Of a stretch of 64,000 nucleotides of DNA, positions 43,131 to 55,460 are shown in pieces. The stretch comes from Octopus vulgaris (taxonomy: Eukaryota). Location of the stretch: positions 84,568,001 to 84,632,000 of the forward strand of contig OX597819.1 of NCBI GenBank assembly GCA_951406725.2, given 5' to 3'. Each line of letters opens with the position of its first letter. Positions within the stretch are counted from its first letter, which is position 1. The notes beneath the pieces were generated by a model. That model did not search any database and had not been told where the DNA came from. It saw only the letters and a program-made list of their open reading frames with translations. The translations under genes and the position numbers were made by a program.

Positions 43131-43164
<34 letters not shown>

Positions 43165-43286
43165 TAGGGAGTGCCTGCAAGCTGTTCAGTTCTTATCTAC
43201 TTTATGGATAATTTAATCCTATAGTTAATAGGATTCTAAGTAGAATGAAGCCAACTGAAAAAAAAATGTGTGTATGTGTATAGATG

Positions 43287-43325
<39 letters not shown>

Positions 43326-45133
43326 TACATACACACACACACACATATATATATATATAGTGGTCTATTTACTACCAAATGCATGTTTTGTTTTGTTTTG
43401 TTTTTGTTTTTATTTTTTTCCTGCATAGTATGTGGGTACAGAGCAGGTTTATGACCCTATGTTTTACATAGCTTCTGAGACCAGTGACTGAAAATTATCT
43501 CAAACCAAAGGCTTCCTTCAAATGCTTGCAACAGAGTGAACTCTGCTAAAAGTACCCAGAGTCCAGGTGGTAGTCTTAAATTGAGCTATGGATTATGCCT
43601 ATTACCTAAGTACTTGAAACACAAAGAGCTGGTGCAAATACTACAAAACATTCCAATCTTATGCTCTATCTATTCTGTCACACACTCTGATGCTGGTGGA
43701 AGGAAAGGAAGAAGTGATCCTCAAACAGGAGATCTAAACCAAGTAATGGATCAAGTCTACCACCCAAGAACTCAGGAGACATAGCACTGGAATAAATTCC
43801 ATAAGACAAAGGACCGAGATACTTGGCACCTGGCTTACTCAAGAAGACCCGTATCCCACAGTTGAAGTGTTAAGACTGATCCTTCTGGTGGTGTGAAGTA
43901 CTCGTGACAGGGCAACATAAAAGTGCATGTGCAGTGTCATGTAAAGCACCCATGTGGTGTCACATAAAAACGCCCATGTGGTGCCATGTAAAATTGCCCA
44001 TGTGGTGCCACATAAAAGCACCCAACACACTCTGTAAAGTGGCTGGCATTAGGAAGGGCATTCAGCTGTAGAAACCATGCCAAATCAGATAGGAGTCTGG
44101 TGCAGCAACACCTCTCGTCCAGCTTGCTAGCTCTGGTCACACTGTCCAACCCATGCCAGCATGGACAACAGACATTAAATGATGATGATGATGAAGACAT
44201 TACCATCAATCCACTCTCATAGACAGAGGATTTTATCACATCTAGATATCACTACATAACACCATGCTCTAACCATTTTATTGATCCACTACCACAGACA
44301 CAAGACTTTCTTATATCAACACTGAAAGGATTAAAAGCAAGGTTGACCTCAGTAAGCATAAAAAAAAACTGGGACAAATGACAAATTTTTGAGCCTGTGT
44401 TCTAATGACTAAAGTAGAAAAGTATGATTTGTATTCAGAATATACTGGAATGATAATGAATCATTGTCATCATCATCATCATCGTTTTAATGATTACTTT
44501 TAGGTCAACTGCTTTGGTATGGTTTCTGTTGTTGGATGCCCTTCTTAACGCCAACCATTTTACAGCATGTACTGGGTGCTATTATATATTATATATATAT
44601 TCTTTTATTTTCTATTCTTTTACTTGTTTCAGTCATTTGACTGTGGCAATGCTGGAGTACCGCCTTTAGTTGAGCAAATCGACCCCAGGACTTATTCTTT
44701 GTAAGCCTAGTACTTATTTTATTGGTCTCTTATGCCGAACTGCTAAGTTATGGGGATGTAAACACACCAGCATTGGTTGTCAAGCAATGCCGGAGGGACA
44801 AACATATACACGCATACATATATATACATATACAATGGGGTTCTTTCAGTTTCCGTCTACCAAATCCACTCACAAGGCTTTAGTCGGCCCGAGGCTATAG
44901 TAGAAGACACTTGCCCAAGGTGCCATGCAGTGGGACCGAACCTGGAACCATATGGTTGGTAAGTAAACTACTTACTACACAGCCACTCCTGTGCCTATAT
45001 ATATATTTATATATATGTATATATATATACGTGCATGAGTGAGTCATCTAAGAAACCATAAGTCAAGAAGAAGATGCACTTGTATATCTGTCAGTAGAGT
45101 GGGTATATTATCCAAATTTTATAGTATTAAATA

Positions 45134-45221
45134 TCTATCTTACCAATTGGTTTCGTGTAAAGAATACAATGGAGTGTTAGGTAACAATCCAATTGTATAA
45201 CTTTATGCTCATGAGAGATAG
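45134..45221 (-). ncRNA. Type-I hammerhead ribozyme with one core mutation
   Basis: ctatct-CTCATGA-long stem II-GAAA-ccaattgg-TA-agatag: 6-bp stem I, palindromic stem III, GUA cleavage triplet. Confidence 0.65.
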
Positions 45222-45589
45222 CCGATATGGAAGGGAATGTGGGAACTGCTGTCTGTTGTTGGAGGTGGAATAACTCAACCAGTCAGCGGCTGCTGTAAAA
45301 AAGTGGATTGGGTTAAGAATTATGTCCCTTGGTTGGGTATGTTGTGAAGCTGGCAATAGTTATCTTGAAGTGGGAAAAGTGTGTATTAATGTGGTGTCCC
45401 TGCAGGGATGGGGTGTGTAGTGGTGTCATATGTATAATTTTATTAAGGGGTGTAGATATATATATCTGTGTTTGTTGGTCTGTTTTCTTTCTGTAAAGGA
45501 TAAAGTTGTGGTAGGTTTTTTTTATATTAGCATGCGGTGTGTAATGAGTGTGTGTGTGTATGTGGGGTCTATGCCTGGTATTTACTCTC

Positions 45590-46035
45590 TAATTCCACTA
45601 TAGATTCAGCTTTGAGAACTAGATCATCAACATATAGGAGTTCTCATGGACAACCTATCTTAAACTCCTCTGTGGTGGCCTGTACAACTGTGATGAATAG
45701 GAGAAGACTGAAAAATGAACCTTGATCAACTCCTACCTTCACATTTAATTCATAATGAAACCGTTGTTCTCACTTCCTCGTTATACATAACTTGTAGAGC
45801 CCTCACAACCCATTCATCTAATACTAGTTTCCTTTGGGACCACCAAATTACTGAACATGAAACCCTGTCAAATGCCTTCTCCAAGTATTTTTTCAGTGGT
45901 TGGTTGCCTCACTATATATTTGCATCCATGATATCTCTTCTAGGTACAAAGCCAAACTTCATCTCATCTAGAGTTAATCTGTCATGGATCAATTGTGCTA
46001 TGATTCTCTTTGTGATCTTTATAACCTGATCCAGT
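45590..46035 (-). mobile_element. Degenerate RTE reverse transcriptase core
   Basis: Minus strand FGFVPRR, LEKAFDRV, VGVDQGS and LLYVDDLVL motifs with frameshifts. Confidence 0.78.
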
Positions 46036-46211
46036 AGTTTTGATTCCTTTACTGGTTTAATATATACAGAATGCAAACATTATCTGATATAGAGCTCTAT
46101 ATTTGTAATTTATGGAAAGCTGTATATTTTATTAAAAGGGGAGTTTACTCAAGTTTCATCTTGTGGCTGGTTGTAAATGTAGATCTTGTTGAGCAATATA
46201 TATATATATAT

Positions 46212-46578
46212 ATTAAATTAGAGATAAAACCACTATTAGGCAAATCAAACAATGAAAAACATAAACCAAAACATAAAAATAAACATAATTAATATAATAT
46301 ATAAAATTTAAATTATTTCAATTTAAAATTTTTAATTTAAATTTTAAATTTATAAATTTTTAAATTAAAAAATTTTTTTTTGATAGTTATATATATTTTT
46401 TTTTAATTTTAAAATTTTAAAAATATTATAAATATAAATTAAACATTTTAAATTTAAATATTTTAAATTTTATATTTTATATATTTTGTATATTATATTA
46501 ATTATGTTTATTTTTATGTTTTGGTGTATGTTTTTCATTGTTTGATTTGCCTAATAGTGGTTTTATCTCTAATTTAAT
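46212..46578. repeat. Inverted repeat (about 95-bp outer arms, A/T-rich core) plus 60-bp tail, between TA runs
   Basis: attaaattagagataaaaccactattaggcaaatcaaac... mirrored by ...gtttgatttgcctaatagtggttttatctctaatttaat. Confidence 0.92.
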
Positions 46579-47149
46579 TGGATTTAATCCTAAATCTAAT
46601 TTTTCCCTGTAAGTTTGGATTTACTCCCTAATGTTATTATATATATATATGGCTGTGTGGTTAGGGAGCTTGCTTCCTAGTTACATGGTTTCGGGTTCAG
46701 TCCCAGTGCGTGGCACTTTGGGTAGGTGTCTTCCACTATAGCCCCGAGCCGACCGGAGCTTTGTGATTGAATTCGGTAGGTGGAAGTTACTGCCGTGTGT
46801 GTATATGTGCGTATAGCTGCTCAGTGCCTCTCCGAAAGAGAGAGAGAGGGATATATATATATATATATATACTGGAGGTGAAACACTCAGTATATCAAAA
46901 CAAGACCATGCATGGGTATGTTTCCTAAAGACTTGAAGAAGACAGTACCATTGACATGAAGTGAAGCCCTTAAAGTTACAAAATACAATAAAAAATGTAG
47001 ATTATGTCATATTTCTGTGGAAGACATCACACATGTGATTAAAAGCTGCACAAAAGTGTCAAGGTACTACCTTGATATGGCATTGTCTCAAAAATACTAT
47101 ACAATGGCATGGAAGGTGGACATTAAACAATGATGATGATGATGAATGT

Positions 47150-47590
47150 CATTCGGAAAAAAGTCTATCCTGGAATAAATATAGAGAATATCCTACTATT
47201 ATTGAATATTTACACAAATATAACCAGTTGAACATTCCCATCAAAATATCTGTCAAATGTAAGCATAAGAGGCTGGATATTGTTGTTTGAGATAGACTAG
47301 AGGTCAGCTGTTCTGTTGATGTGAATATCTCTTTGAAAATCAAAAAGAAAGAAGATAACTATGAACAATTGCTTTGAAACTTCCAGCTTCTATATCCAGA
47401 TTACAAATTTACATTTACACCAATAATAATTGGTGTACTTGGTTTTGTAACTAAATGCCTAACTGTCAGTTTCGATAAGCTTGGATTTTCAGAAAAAGAA
47501 ATCAACCATCTGATTCGCACATTACAAATACAATCTGTAAGCAGAACAGTAAAACTATGCAAGACTTTTCTCAGGTTTAATGTGACATTG
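47150..47590 (+). mobile_element. Restriction-like endonuclease domain of an R2-group (R4/NeSL/HERO-type) non-LTR element, degenerate
   Basis: NIPIK..KCKHKRLDIVV*D...EVSCSVDVNI..K..K...Y..L...YPDYKFTFTPIIIGVLG matches the RPD...E...P-D-N...K-K-Y...PIIIGALG pattern. Confidence 0.75.
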
Positions 47591-47751
47591 TTTTAATTAT
47601 CTACACTCCAAAGATGGAGATATGTGTCTTTGTTAGAAACCAGTTCCTTTAAAGGAAGAATTTAGATAATTAAAAAATGCAATAGAACATACATACACAC
47701 AGTTATAAATGCTGTTGATGTTATAAGAATTTAGAAACTTTGAGAATGCAA

Positions 47752-48016
47752 ATTCTTTTTAGGAACAGTGAATCTTGAAGCAAATAAAACTAAATAATAG
47801 CATTTAAAATGTAAATATTGGGTCAAAACACTTTGGTGAGAAAAAGTCAATGGTTGCCTGATGAACGTACATCACCTATCATGTTTACAGGAGATTTGGG
47901 TTTGAGCCCCACAGGCAGCTTTTGACTTTTTCTATCCAGAGTGTTTTAAACCCTATATTTACATGGTATTATTTATAACTTTATTTGCTTCAAGATTCAC
48001 TGTTCCTGAAAAGAAT
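47752..48016. repeat. Inverted repeat (about 105-bp arms) with a tRNA T-arm-like spacer, between CA/GT microsatellites
   Basis: attctttttaggaacagtgaatcttgaagcaaataaa...aaaaagtcaatggttgcctg mirrored by caggcagcttttgactttttc...cttcaagattcactgttcctgaaaagaat. Confidence 0.88.
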
Positions 48017-48978
48017 GTCTGTGTGTGTGTGTGTGTGTGTTGTATTACTTTGTATTGTTTTATTCATTTTGAAATAATTGTGGACAGTGCTGTTGAATAT
48101 ACATACTTGCTTTGTGAAAATCATTAGTAATGGTTTAGTAAGCAGGTTTGTGAACTTGTTTTATGATATATGTAATTGATATTGAAAAAATATCTATTTG
48201 TTGTATTTAACTTTTAAACTTTTTATGAATGATGATTGATATCTAGATCATGCAATACTAGATACACAATACATAACTAAATATACATCAATAAATACAA
48301 GCATACTCATCTATATTAATAGTTGTTTATTTGTTTATTTTCCTCCAATTTTTCAGATTTTAGACACATATTAAACATTAAATGTGCACACTTCTACAAA
48401 CATATTAGAACTGGAACCATGCATGTCTAATAACTTGGTGGATAAATAATCCATGCATGATTTTAATTCATAGATAGTGAGATAATTCTGGTCTTTAAGA
48501 CTTCTTAATGGCTACTGGCTATACTTTCCCTTATTTTCTAAATATCACTTTTAGGGATTGATGACAGCTGGTACAGACTGAAGATTGAAACATATGTTTA
48601 TAATCTGAATAGGTGAATTGTCAAGTTTGTATCCAAAGACTAAATTTCTTAAGTATTTGTGAAACATTTATTTTGTTGTTGGTAACTAATGTAGAGTAAA
48701 AATTGGTTAAAAATCTAGAACTCAATGAAACTGGTGATAATCTATGTCTGCAAGAGTTTGGAAAATGTAATTATTACAATGAATGAAGAATTTTTATGTT
48801 TTTGACCCCTTGCTTTTTGTCTGAGTGTCAGGGAGAGATAAGGTGGTATTGTCTCTTTGGTTTCACTTTGGTGATACCAATTTGGCTTATTAAACTTTTC
48901 AAGGAATTCTCCTGTGGACGAGATAATATTTGAGAAAATGTATTGCTTCTTTCTACACATGAAAATTCAAATTATATT

Positions 48979-49126
48979 TTAATATGGGACTATATGATAT
49001 GATTCATTAAGATTTTTTAACTCAATGACATGTCCTTCACATGATATAGTTTCTTCATCATTCGTTTCTGCTTCTTGTTCTTCTTCAGAAGAAGTTGTGA
49101 CATTTTTCATCTTATAATGACCTTTC
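48979..49126 (-). CDS. Same protein, terminal exon D: KGHYKMKNVTTSSEEEQEAETNDEETISCEGHVIELKNLNESYHIVPY*
   Basis: tttatttacag acceptor; the phase-2 frame required by exon C is open to TAA. Confidence 0.72.
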
Positions 49127-49314
49127 CTGTAAATAAAGTGTAAAAATTGAATTAGACAAAACATTTATGACAAATTTTGTATTGTATGTATGATGAAGAG
49201 CTATGCTCAAAACATCAAACTCTTTCCTTTCACTGAGCATCGAGCTAATACATTTCTTGTGCACATCCTCATGTTTGTTTTTATTTGTTTTCTTATTCAT
49301 TTATTTGAATTGGC

Positions 49315-49355
<41 letters not shown>

Positions 49356-49364
49356 TGTGATATA

Positions 49365-49918
49365 TATGGATGTAGATAGTTGCATACAGAAATGCTGATT
49401 ACTTAAAGTGAATGGAACTTGTGGAAGAGGGAAACCCAGGAAGACATGGGACAAAGTGTTGAAGGCTGATCTCAAGACACTGGACAAACAATTGGAAACT
49501 CAGACATACATTAATGAACTATTTAAAACTTTTAGGATCCTTGTCTGTCATGCTTGCATTTTACTTAAACCTGTATCTGATTACTGCTTTTTCTTCCTGA
49601 TTACTTTAGTTTATGGTGGAAACAAATGTTAGGTCTGGTGAATTTCAAATTAGTCACACAAAGGAGATGACTATCTGGTTCATTGCTATACTCAAGAAGA
49701 CCCATCCACCACAGCAGAATTGATACCAGTGCTGGTGCCACATAAAAAGCACCCAATACACTCCATGGAGTGTCGGCTTTAGGAAGGGCATCCAACTGTA
49801 GAAACCATGCCAGAACAGACAATGGAGCCTGGTGTGGCCCCTGGCCTTACCAGCTCCTGTCAAACCATACAGCCCATACCAGCATTGAAAATAGACATTT
49901 ATTAATGAAGATGATGCT
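49365..49918 (+). mobile_element. RTE 3' end interrupted by a copy of flanking DNA
   Basis: MDVDSC...GTCGRGKPRKTWDKVLKADL, then insert 49484-49663, then the RTE end resumes. Confidence 0.75.
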
Positions 49919-50434
49919 GGTAGATGTATATGACAAAGGCAATGAGTAAACTACTGAAACAAAGAACAAACAATTGAGCTATTTAAAACTTTTAGGATCC
50001 TGTCTGTCATGCATGCATTTTACTTAAAACTGTATCTGATTACTGCTTTTTCTTCCTGATTACTTTAGTTTATGATGGAGACAAATGTTAGGTCTGGTGA
50101 ATTTCAAATTAGTCACACAAAGAAGCTCCATCATAAGCCACCAAATACTACTTCACAAGGTAACTATAGATGCATATATAACTCTATATGTTTGACTTTG
50201 TTCAAACTGCATTTCTGTGGTCGGAAGAATTTGTGCAAGTAATAACTGTAGTGTGTGGATAGGCTCATAGGACAGAGATGAGATAACCTCTTGAAATGCA
50301 ATATATATTTCCCAGTAACTCTATTGTATGCTTTCCAGGACTGCAACATCAGCTTCTGCATTTGCTTCAGAACACAATTAAAGTCTTTGATGTAACACAC
50401 TGTTGACACCACCTTTTTCTTGTAAAGTAAAGTT

Positions 50435-50663
50435 ACCTTTCTGAGTCATGTTGACTCATAAGGGCTGGTTTCCCAGTTTCCAGGACATATAAATTCCCCA
50501 CCTGGATGAGACACTCATCTGTTGCAGGATTACTCATCTTTGCAAGCTGAGCAGATTGGAGCAATGTGGAATCTAGAACACAATGCATCCCCTGGTTCAG
50601 GAATCAAACCCACAATCTTATGACCATTAGTCCAACACTCTAACCACTTGGCCACACACCTCC
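50435..50663 (-). mobile_element. tRNA-derived SINE, family C
   Basis: tRNA-like head on -; similar copy at about 59965-60168. Confidence 0.7.
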
Positions 50664-51339
50664 TTCTTGTTGCAGTGTGGGTGGCTTGTGTACTTCCATG
50701 ACTCTGAGAGCTATGCCGGCAGAGTGCAAGGCACCCATGCTGGAGAAGTCAAAGGGACGGAGAATGAGAATGTCGTGATTTTCATGGGGATTAATATATG
50801 ACTAATATATGACTTTCCTGTCTTTCCACCCTTTCTGTTCCTCTTTCCATATTCTATCTTGTACCTTCAGAGTATACCCTGGAACCTCCTCACTACCATC
50901 TCTTTTCTCCCTTTCCAGCTGGGGTAGCCATGTATCTCTTTTACTGCAATACACCTATTCCTGTTCCCCTGCCATACTTTAACCCCTCAATACCTTGCAT
51001 AAAGCCACCTCACCCAATGTTATACCCCCACTCAGTTGAATGGTGGGTGTCTTATTTTGGGAGTTACTTAGTGATCTCACTAGTGCTCATGCCATGAAAA
51101 AAAGCACCCCGTACACTCTGTAAAGTGATTGGTGTTAGGGAGAGCATACATCCATAGAAACCATGTCAAAGCAGACATTGTAGCATATTGCATTCTTCTG
51201 GCTCTTCAGATCCTGTCACACTATCAATTAGTGTCAGTATGGAAGACAAATGTTAAATGATGATGACACTGACTCTGATGCAGCCTCCTCGTTCTCTTCT
51301 TCTTCCTCCTTTTCCTCTTCCTTTTCCTCCTCTTTTTCC

Positions 51340-52003
51340 TTCTTGCTGCAATGTAGTGGCTTGTGTACCTCAACGACCCTGAGAGCTATATCAGCAGATT
51401 GCAAGGTCCTGGCACAGTCTCCCCCATGCTGGATAAGTCAAAGGAGAGATACCAGACTATTCTGGACCACCTCTTCCCAGAGGTAAGAATAGATTTGCAT
51501 AAGGCCAACACTCCTACCAAAAAAAAAAAAAGGCAAAGTCACTGAAGCGTCAATGACAATTCGAAAACCAACAAGACCTTGGAAAGGAAGGCTTCCCCTC
51601 AGGAAAGACAGCCCAGAGTTGAGAACAGGAGAGAAAAGTCATTGATAGTCAATGTTCCATAGAAAAGGAGCAAAGGGCTAAAGCAGGGGTTGGCGAACTG
51701 GAGTAAACTATCCCAAGTGAAGTAAAAATGAAATTCTTTGGGGTGATGGGACTTGTTAGATATAAGTAAAATTATATAAAAAAACATGTTCTTTGTTACA
51801 ACAGAAATTTTTCTTCTGGCAACGCTGCATTTGTTCAATGTAAATAGATTCAATAAAATATATTCAATAAGCCTTTTGAATTAAAAGAATCTATGATTTT
51901 CTTCCTTTCAAATCATGGGTGTAATGTCAGCATAAACAAATATATTTTGGGATAATTGGTTAAAAAAATTTCCCCAACTCCTGGGCTAAAATAAATAAGT
52001 AGA
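51340..52003 (+). mobile_element. Bipartite non-autonomous RTE (BovB-like 5' UTR fused to 3' end), interrupted by a hAT MITE
   Basis: cttgytgcaatgt.g.ggct...caacgaccctgagagctat resembles RTE/BovB 5' ends; homologous copy at about 29180-29553 + 30664-30700, head-only copy at about 50665-50760. Confidence 0.6.
51684..51983. mobile_element. hAT MITE
   Basis: TIRs caggggttggcgaact / atttccccaactcctg (13/16); 8-bp TSD ggctaaag / ggctaaaa. Confidence 0.78.
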
Positions 52004-52688
52004 GGAGAGACTTACTGCATTGGCAACTGATGGTTTCACATTAAAACTTTGCCAAGGCTTACACATTAATCTGAAATTTTCCAGGTGCATATACCTGGTC
52101 AATTCTAAAATCACATCCTGGCATCTTAAAAAGGAATGACACATTAAGCAATATTCCCAGAATCACAATCAGATGGAATGCTCATGTTTGGAATGCTTCT
52201 GATCATAATACTACTCAGTTGGAGCAGACTTAGGTTCACACCACTCATAATTTTGAATTAACCCTTTAGCATTTAAACCTACGATGTCCAGCCCAGATAT
52301 TCCACCTGTTTTATGCTCGAACCAGCCAAATGAGGCCTGTTACACCTACCCAACAATATCATTCTGAAAATAAAGAAACACATCATCAAAATCTCAAAGA
52401 TAAAAGATAATTCATGATTAATTAAAAACAATGTGAATAAGTAAGCATTACATTTGAATTGCTGGAAGGGACATCACATTTTGATATGCAACCATGATAT
52501 ATTATCAAGCATATTAAAGGCTTATAAGTCAATATTGTGTCCCACCTGTGTTAGAATATCCGTAGAGATAACTTTCAAAAGAATAATCTGAATGCTAAAG
52601 GATTAAATACTTTAATCTTAACCATCTCATCTCTTTTCTTCTAACATAAACAGTAATAAGAAAAAAGTGTAAAAAATGAGTAACTCAC

Positions 52689-52780
52689 CTTTTTTGACAG
52701 AGGAAGAAAATTACTGATATAGGAAGAATGATGATTGTAAAGATAGCACAGAGGATAATAATCAGTGACCGTGGTAAACC
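52689..52780 (-). CDS. Same protein, exon C (phase 0 to 2), transmembrane helix: GLPRSLIIILCAIFTIIILPISVIFFLCQKR
   Basis: ttttcag acceptor, ag|gtgagt donor; about 23 hydrophobic residues followed by basic residues; absent from ORF track. Confidence 0.8.
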
Positions 52781-53082
52781 CTGAAAAACAGTTTTACTGA
52801 TATAGGAGGAATGATGATTGTAGAAAGAATGATGATTTATACAAAAATCTTAAAATTTTGTTCCTAACAGAAATATTATATATAATTTTCAATACCATGT
52901 GATTGCAACAAAATACCAGTTCAAGTTATTTACTTTTTCGATTCTAGTTTCTAACTTTTGAAGGGTCAACATTTAATTAAACCTTATTCTGGAAAAACAA
53001 CAATTTTTTTTAAAGAAAAATTTAAAATTTGAACATCTTGTTGAACCCTTTTTCTATAAAACAGGAAATTTTTTCCATTTAA

Positions 53083-53146
<64 letters not shown>

Positions 53147-53165
53147 TTATTGATTTATTTATATA

Positions 53166-53214
<49 letters not shown>

Positions 53215-53274
53215 TATTGATTTATTTATATATAATTATATATATATATATTTATTTATTTATTGATTTATTTA

Positions 53275-53358
<84 letters not shown>

Positions 53359-53378
53359 GATTATAAATATATATATAT
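53083..53378. repeat. (TA)n array with a triplicated tttatttattgatttatttatatata unit
   Basis: Directly visible. Confidence 0.95.
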
Positions 53379-53379
53379 C

Positions 53380-54517
53380 ATTGTCATCATTTTAACATCT
53401 GTTGTCCATGCTGGCGTGGGTTGGACAGTTTGACCTGGCTGGCACACTGGAAGGCTGCTCCAGACCCCAGTCTGATTTGGCATGGTCTTCTACAGCTGGA
53501 TGCCCTTCCTAACGCCCACCACTCTGAGAGTGTAATAGGTGCTTTTATGTGCCACCAGCATGGGTGCCATTTGCATGACACTAGGGTACCAATCATTTGA
53601 CACCAGTATCTGTCATGACGGCGATTTTGCTCAACTTGATGGGTCTTCTTCTCAAGCACACCATAATGCCAAAGGTCTTGGTCATTGCCTCCATGAGGCC
53701 CAATACTCAAAAGGTGCTCTTTACATGCCACCAGCATGGGTGAACTTGGCTTAACAGATCCTCTCAAGTACACCACATCACCAAAGGTCTTGGTCACTAG
53801 TCATTGTCTCTGTGAGTCTGAAAGTTTGGAGATCATGCTTCATCACCTCATCCCATGACCTCCTGAGTCTACCTCTACTACAGTTTCCCTCCTCAGTTAG
53901 AGATCAGCACTTCTTTACACAGCTGTCCTCATCCATATGCATCACATGACCATACCAGTGCAGTCGTCTCTCTTGCACACCACATCTGATGCCTAACTTT
54001 TCTCTTAAGATGCTTACACTCTGTCAAACATGCACACTGACATTGCACATCTAGCAAAGCATACTGGCTTCATTTCTTTCAAGCTTATGCAAATCCTCAG
54101 CTGTCATGGCCTTTGTTTCACTGCCATGCAGCATAGCTGTTCACACACAGGCATCAAACAATCTGCCTTTCACTCTGAGAGAGAAAGGCTGTTTGCCAAC
54201 AGCAGGGGGTAGGAGCTCTCTGAACTTTACTCATCTAATCTTATTTTCACAGCTATGCTCTCAAAGCATCCATCTCCACAACTAACTTGGTCACCTAGAT
54301 AACAGAAGCTATCTACTATCTCTAGCTTTCCCCCTCTGACAGCTGATGGAGTCTATTTTCTGCCCATTTCAACGTTTATTGTACCTGTGCATCTTCCCCA
54401 TACAAAAGCTAGTTTCCCTGTTAACCTTCCTCTGATATTGCTGCACCTTTTATGTGTCCAAAGCTTACACTGGGTGCATCTTATGGAGTTTCTACCTACA
54501 CTTTTTCTACAGATTGA
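53380..54517 (-). mobile_element. 5'-truncated RTE LINE: ORF C-terminal part and 3' UTR
   Basis: Reverse complement matches the 1855-2868 and 17692-17965 segments (RRLHWYGHVM, GRLRRSWDEVMKHDL). Confidence 0.85.
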
Positions 54518-55039
54518 GGCGAACTGGCATGCTGCTTTAAAAGGGCCTTAGACAAACTTAAGCTAAGAATTAAGGTTGTAGAAAGACCAGGTAAACCTAT
54601 CAAATCCCTAATCAGTAGAACCTACCCTTTTAGTAGAATCACCTGTACTGATAGGAACTGTATTGTATGTAGATTTAGCCCACAAACAAACTGTAAAGCT
54701 AGGAATGTAGTTTATAGTATAAGATGTACAGAGGGATGGTGCAGTAACAAGATAAGGATGTACATAGGGGAGACAGCACGAAGCATAGGAAAGCAGGTAA
54801 ATGAGCATTGGAGTGAACTAAAGGAAGAGAAGGGCCCATCGGTTCTGTACCAGCACGCTGAGCAGGAATACGGGGGCTCACTCAACAACATAGAAGTTAA
54901 AATCTTGTCCACACATAGCACATATGCAACGCTTAGACAAATTACAGAAGCTACACACAAAATAGAAGATAAACCTAGCCTGAATAGGAAACTAGAATGG
55001 AACACTAGCACACACTCCCAACACACCACAACCCTATGA
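54518..55039 (+). mobile_element. Penelope-like retroelement C-terminal GIY-YIG endonuclease fragment
   Basis: Open frame IKVVERPGKPIKSLI...CTDRNCIVC...NCKARNVVYSIRC...MYIGETARS...EH...LYQH...RQITEA...PSLNRKLEW; Cys-rich linker plus VVY/YIG motifs; RT missing. Confidence 0.88.
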
Positions 55040-55415
55040 CAGAATAAGATCCCCATAAACTGATAATACTATGAATATAATACAATACACAGTTAAATAA
55101 ATGGAATTAAATAACTATATACATTAACAAAATAAAAATAAATTAAATCAAATTAAATTAATACAAAAAAAATAGAAAGAAAAGAAAAAATAAGTAGATA
55201 TAAATGAATGAATAAAATAAATAGAAGTAAATTAAATGAATGTGTATAAACAGAGGATACTGATAATGGAGGCACATTCCTACACACACACACTTACTAA
55301 ACATAAACACACACAGGGATATACGCATGTGCAAATGAAGACATATACAATAGGAATACAAAATGGCAAATCATTAGTAAGGAGAGACACACAGAAAAAG
55401 AAAGAAGAAAGCAAA

Positions 55416-55460
55416 GGACCACTGATGAGGTCACAGAAGTGTGATGAAAGAACTCTGGCC
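55416..55460 (+). ncRNA. Minimal type-I hammerhead ribozyme in PLE 3' region
   Basis: ggacca-CTGATGA-g-gtcaca-gaag-tgtgat-GAAA-gaac-TC-tggcc; intact core boxes, about 380 nt after the GIY-YIG stop, same strand. Confidence 0.7.

Noticed and set aside
47853-47919. Functional tRNA gene
   Set aside because: No credible D arm or anticodon arm; the apparent acceptor stem is part of a larger inverted repeat.
48742-48960. 72-aa minus-strand ORF
   Set aside because: Lies just after the stop of exon D, probably 3' UTR; no recognisable motif.
50164-50418. Extra or alternative exon of the minus-strand membrane protein
   Set aside because: Weak AAG acceptor; the long ORF is out of phase with the TM exon and the in-phase frame stops after about 17 codons.
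54712-55056. 114-aa hydrophobic minus-strand ORF
   Set aside because: Antisense shadow of the GIY-YIG frame.
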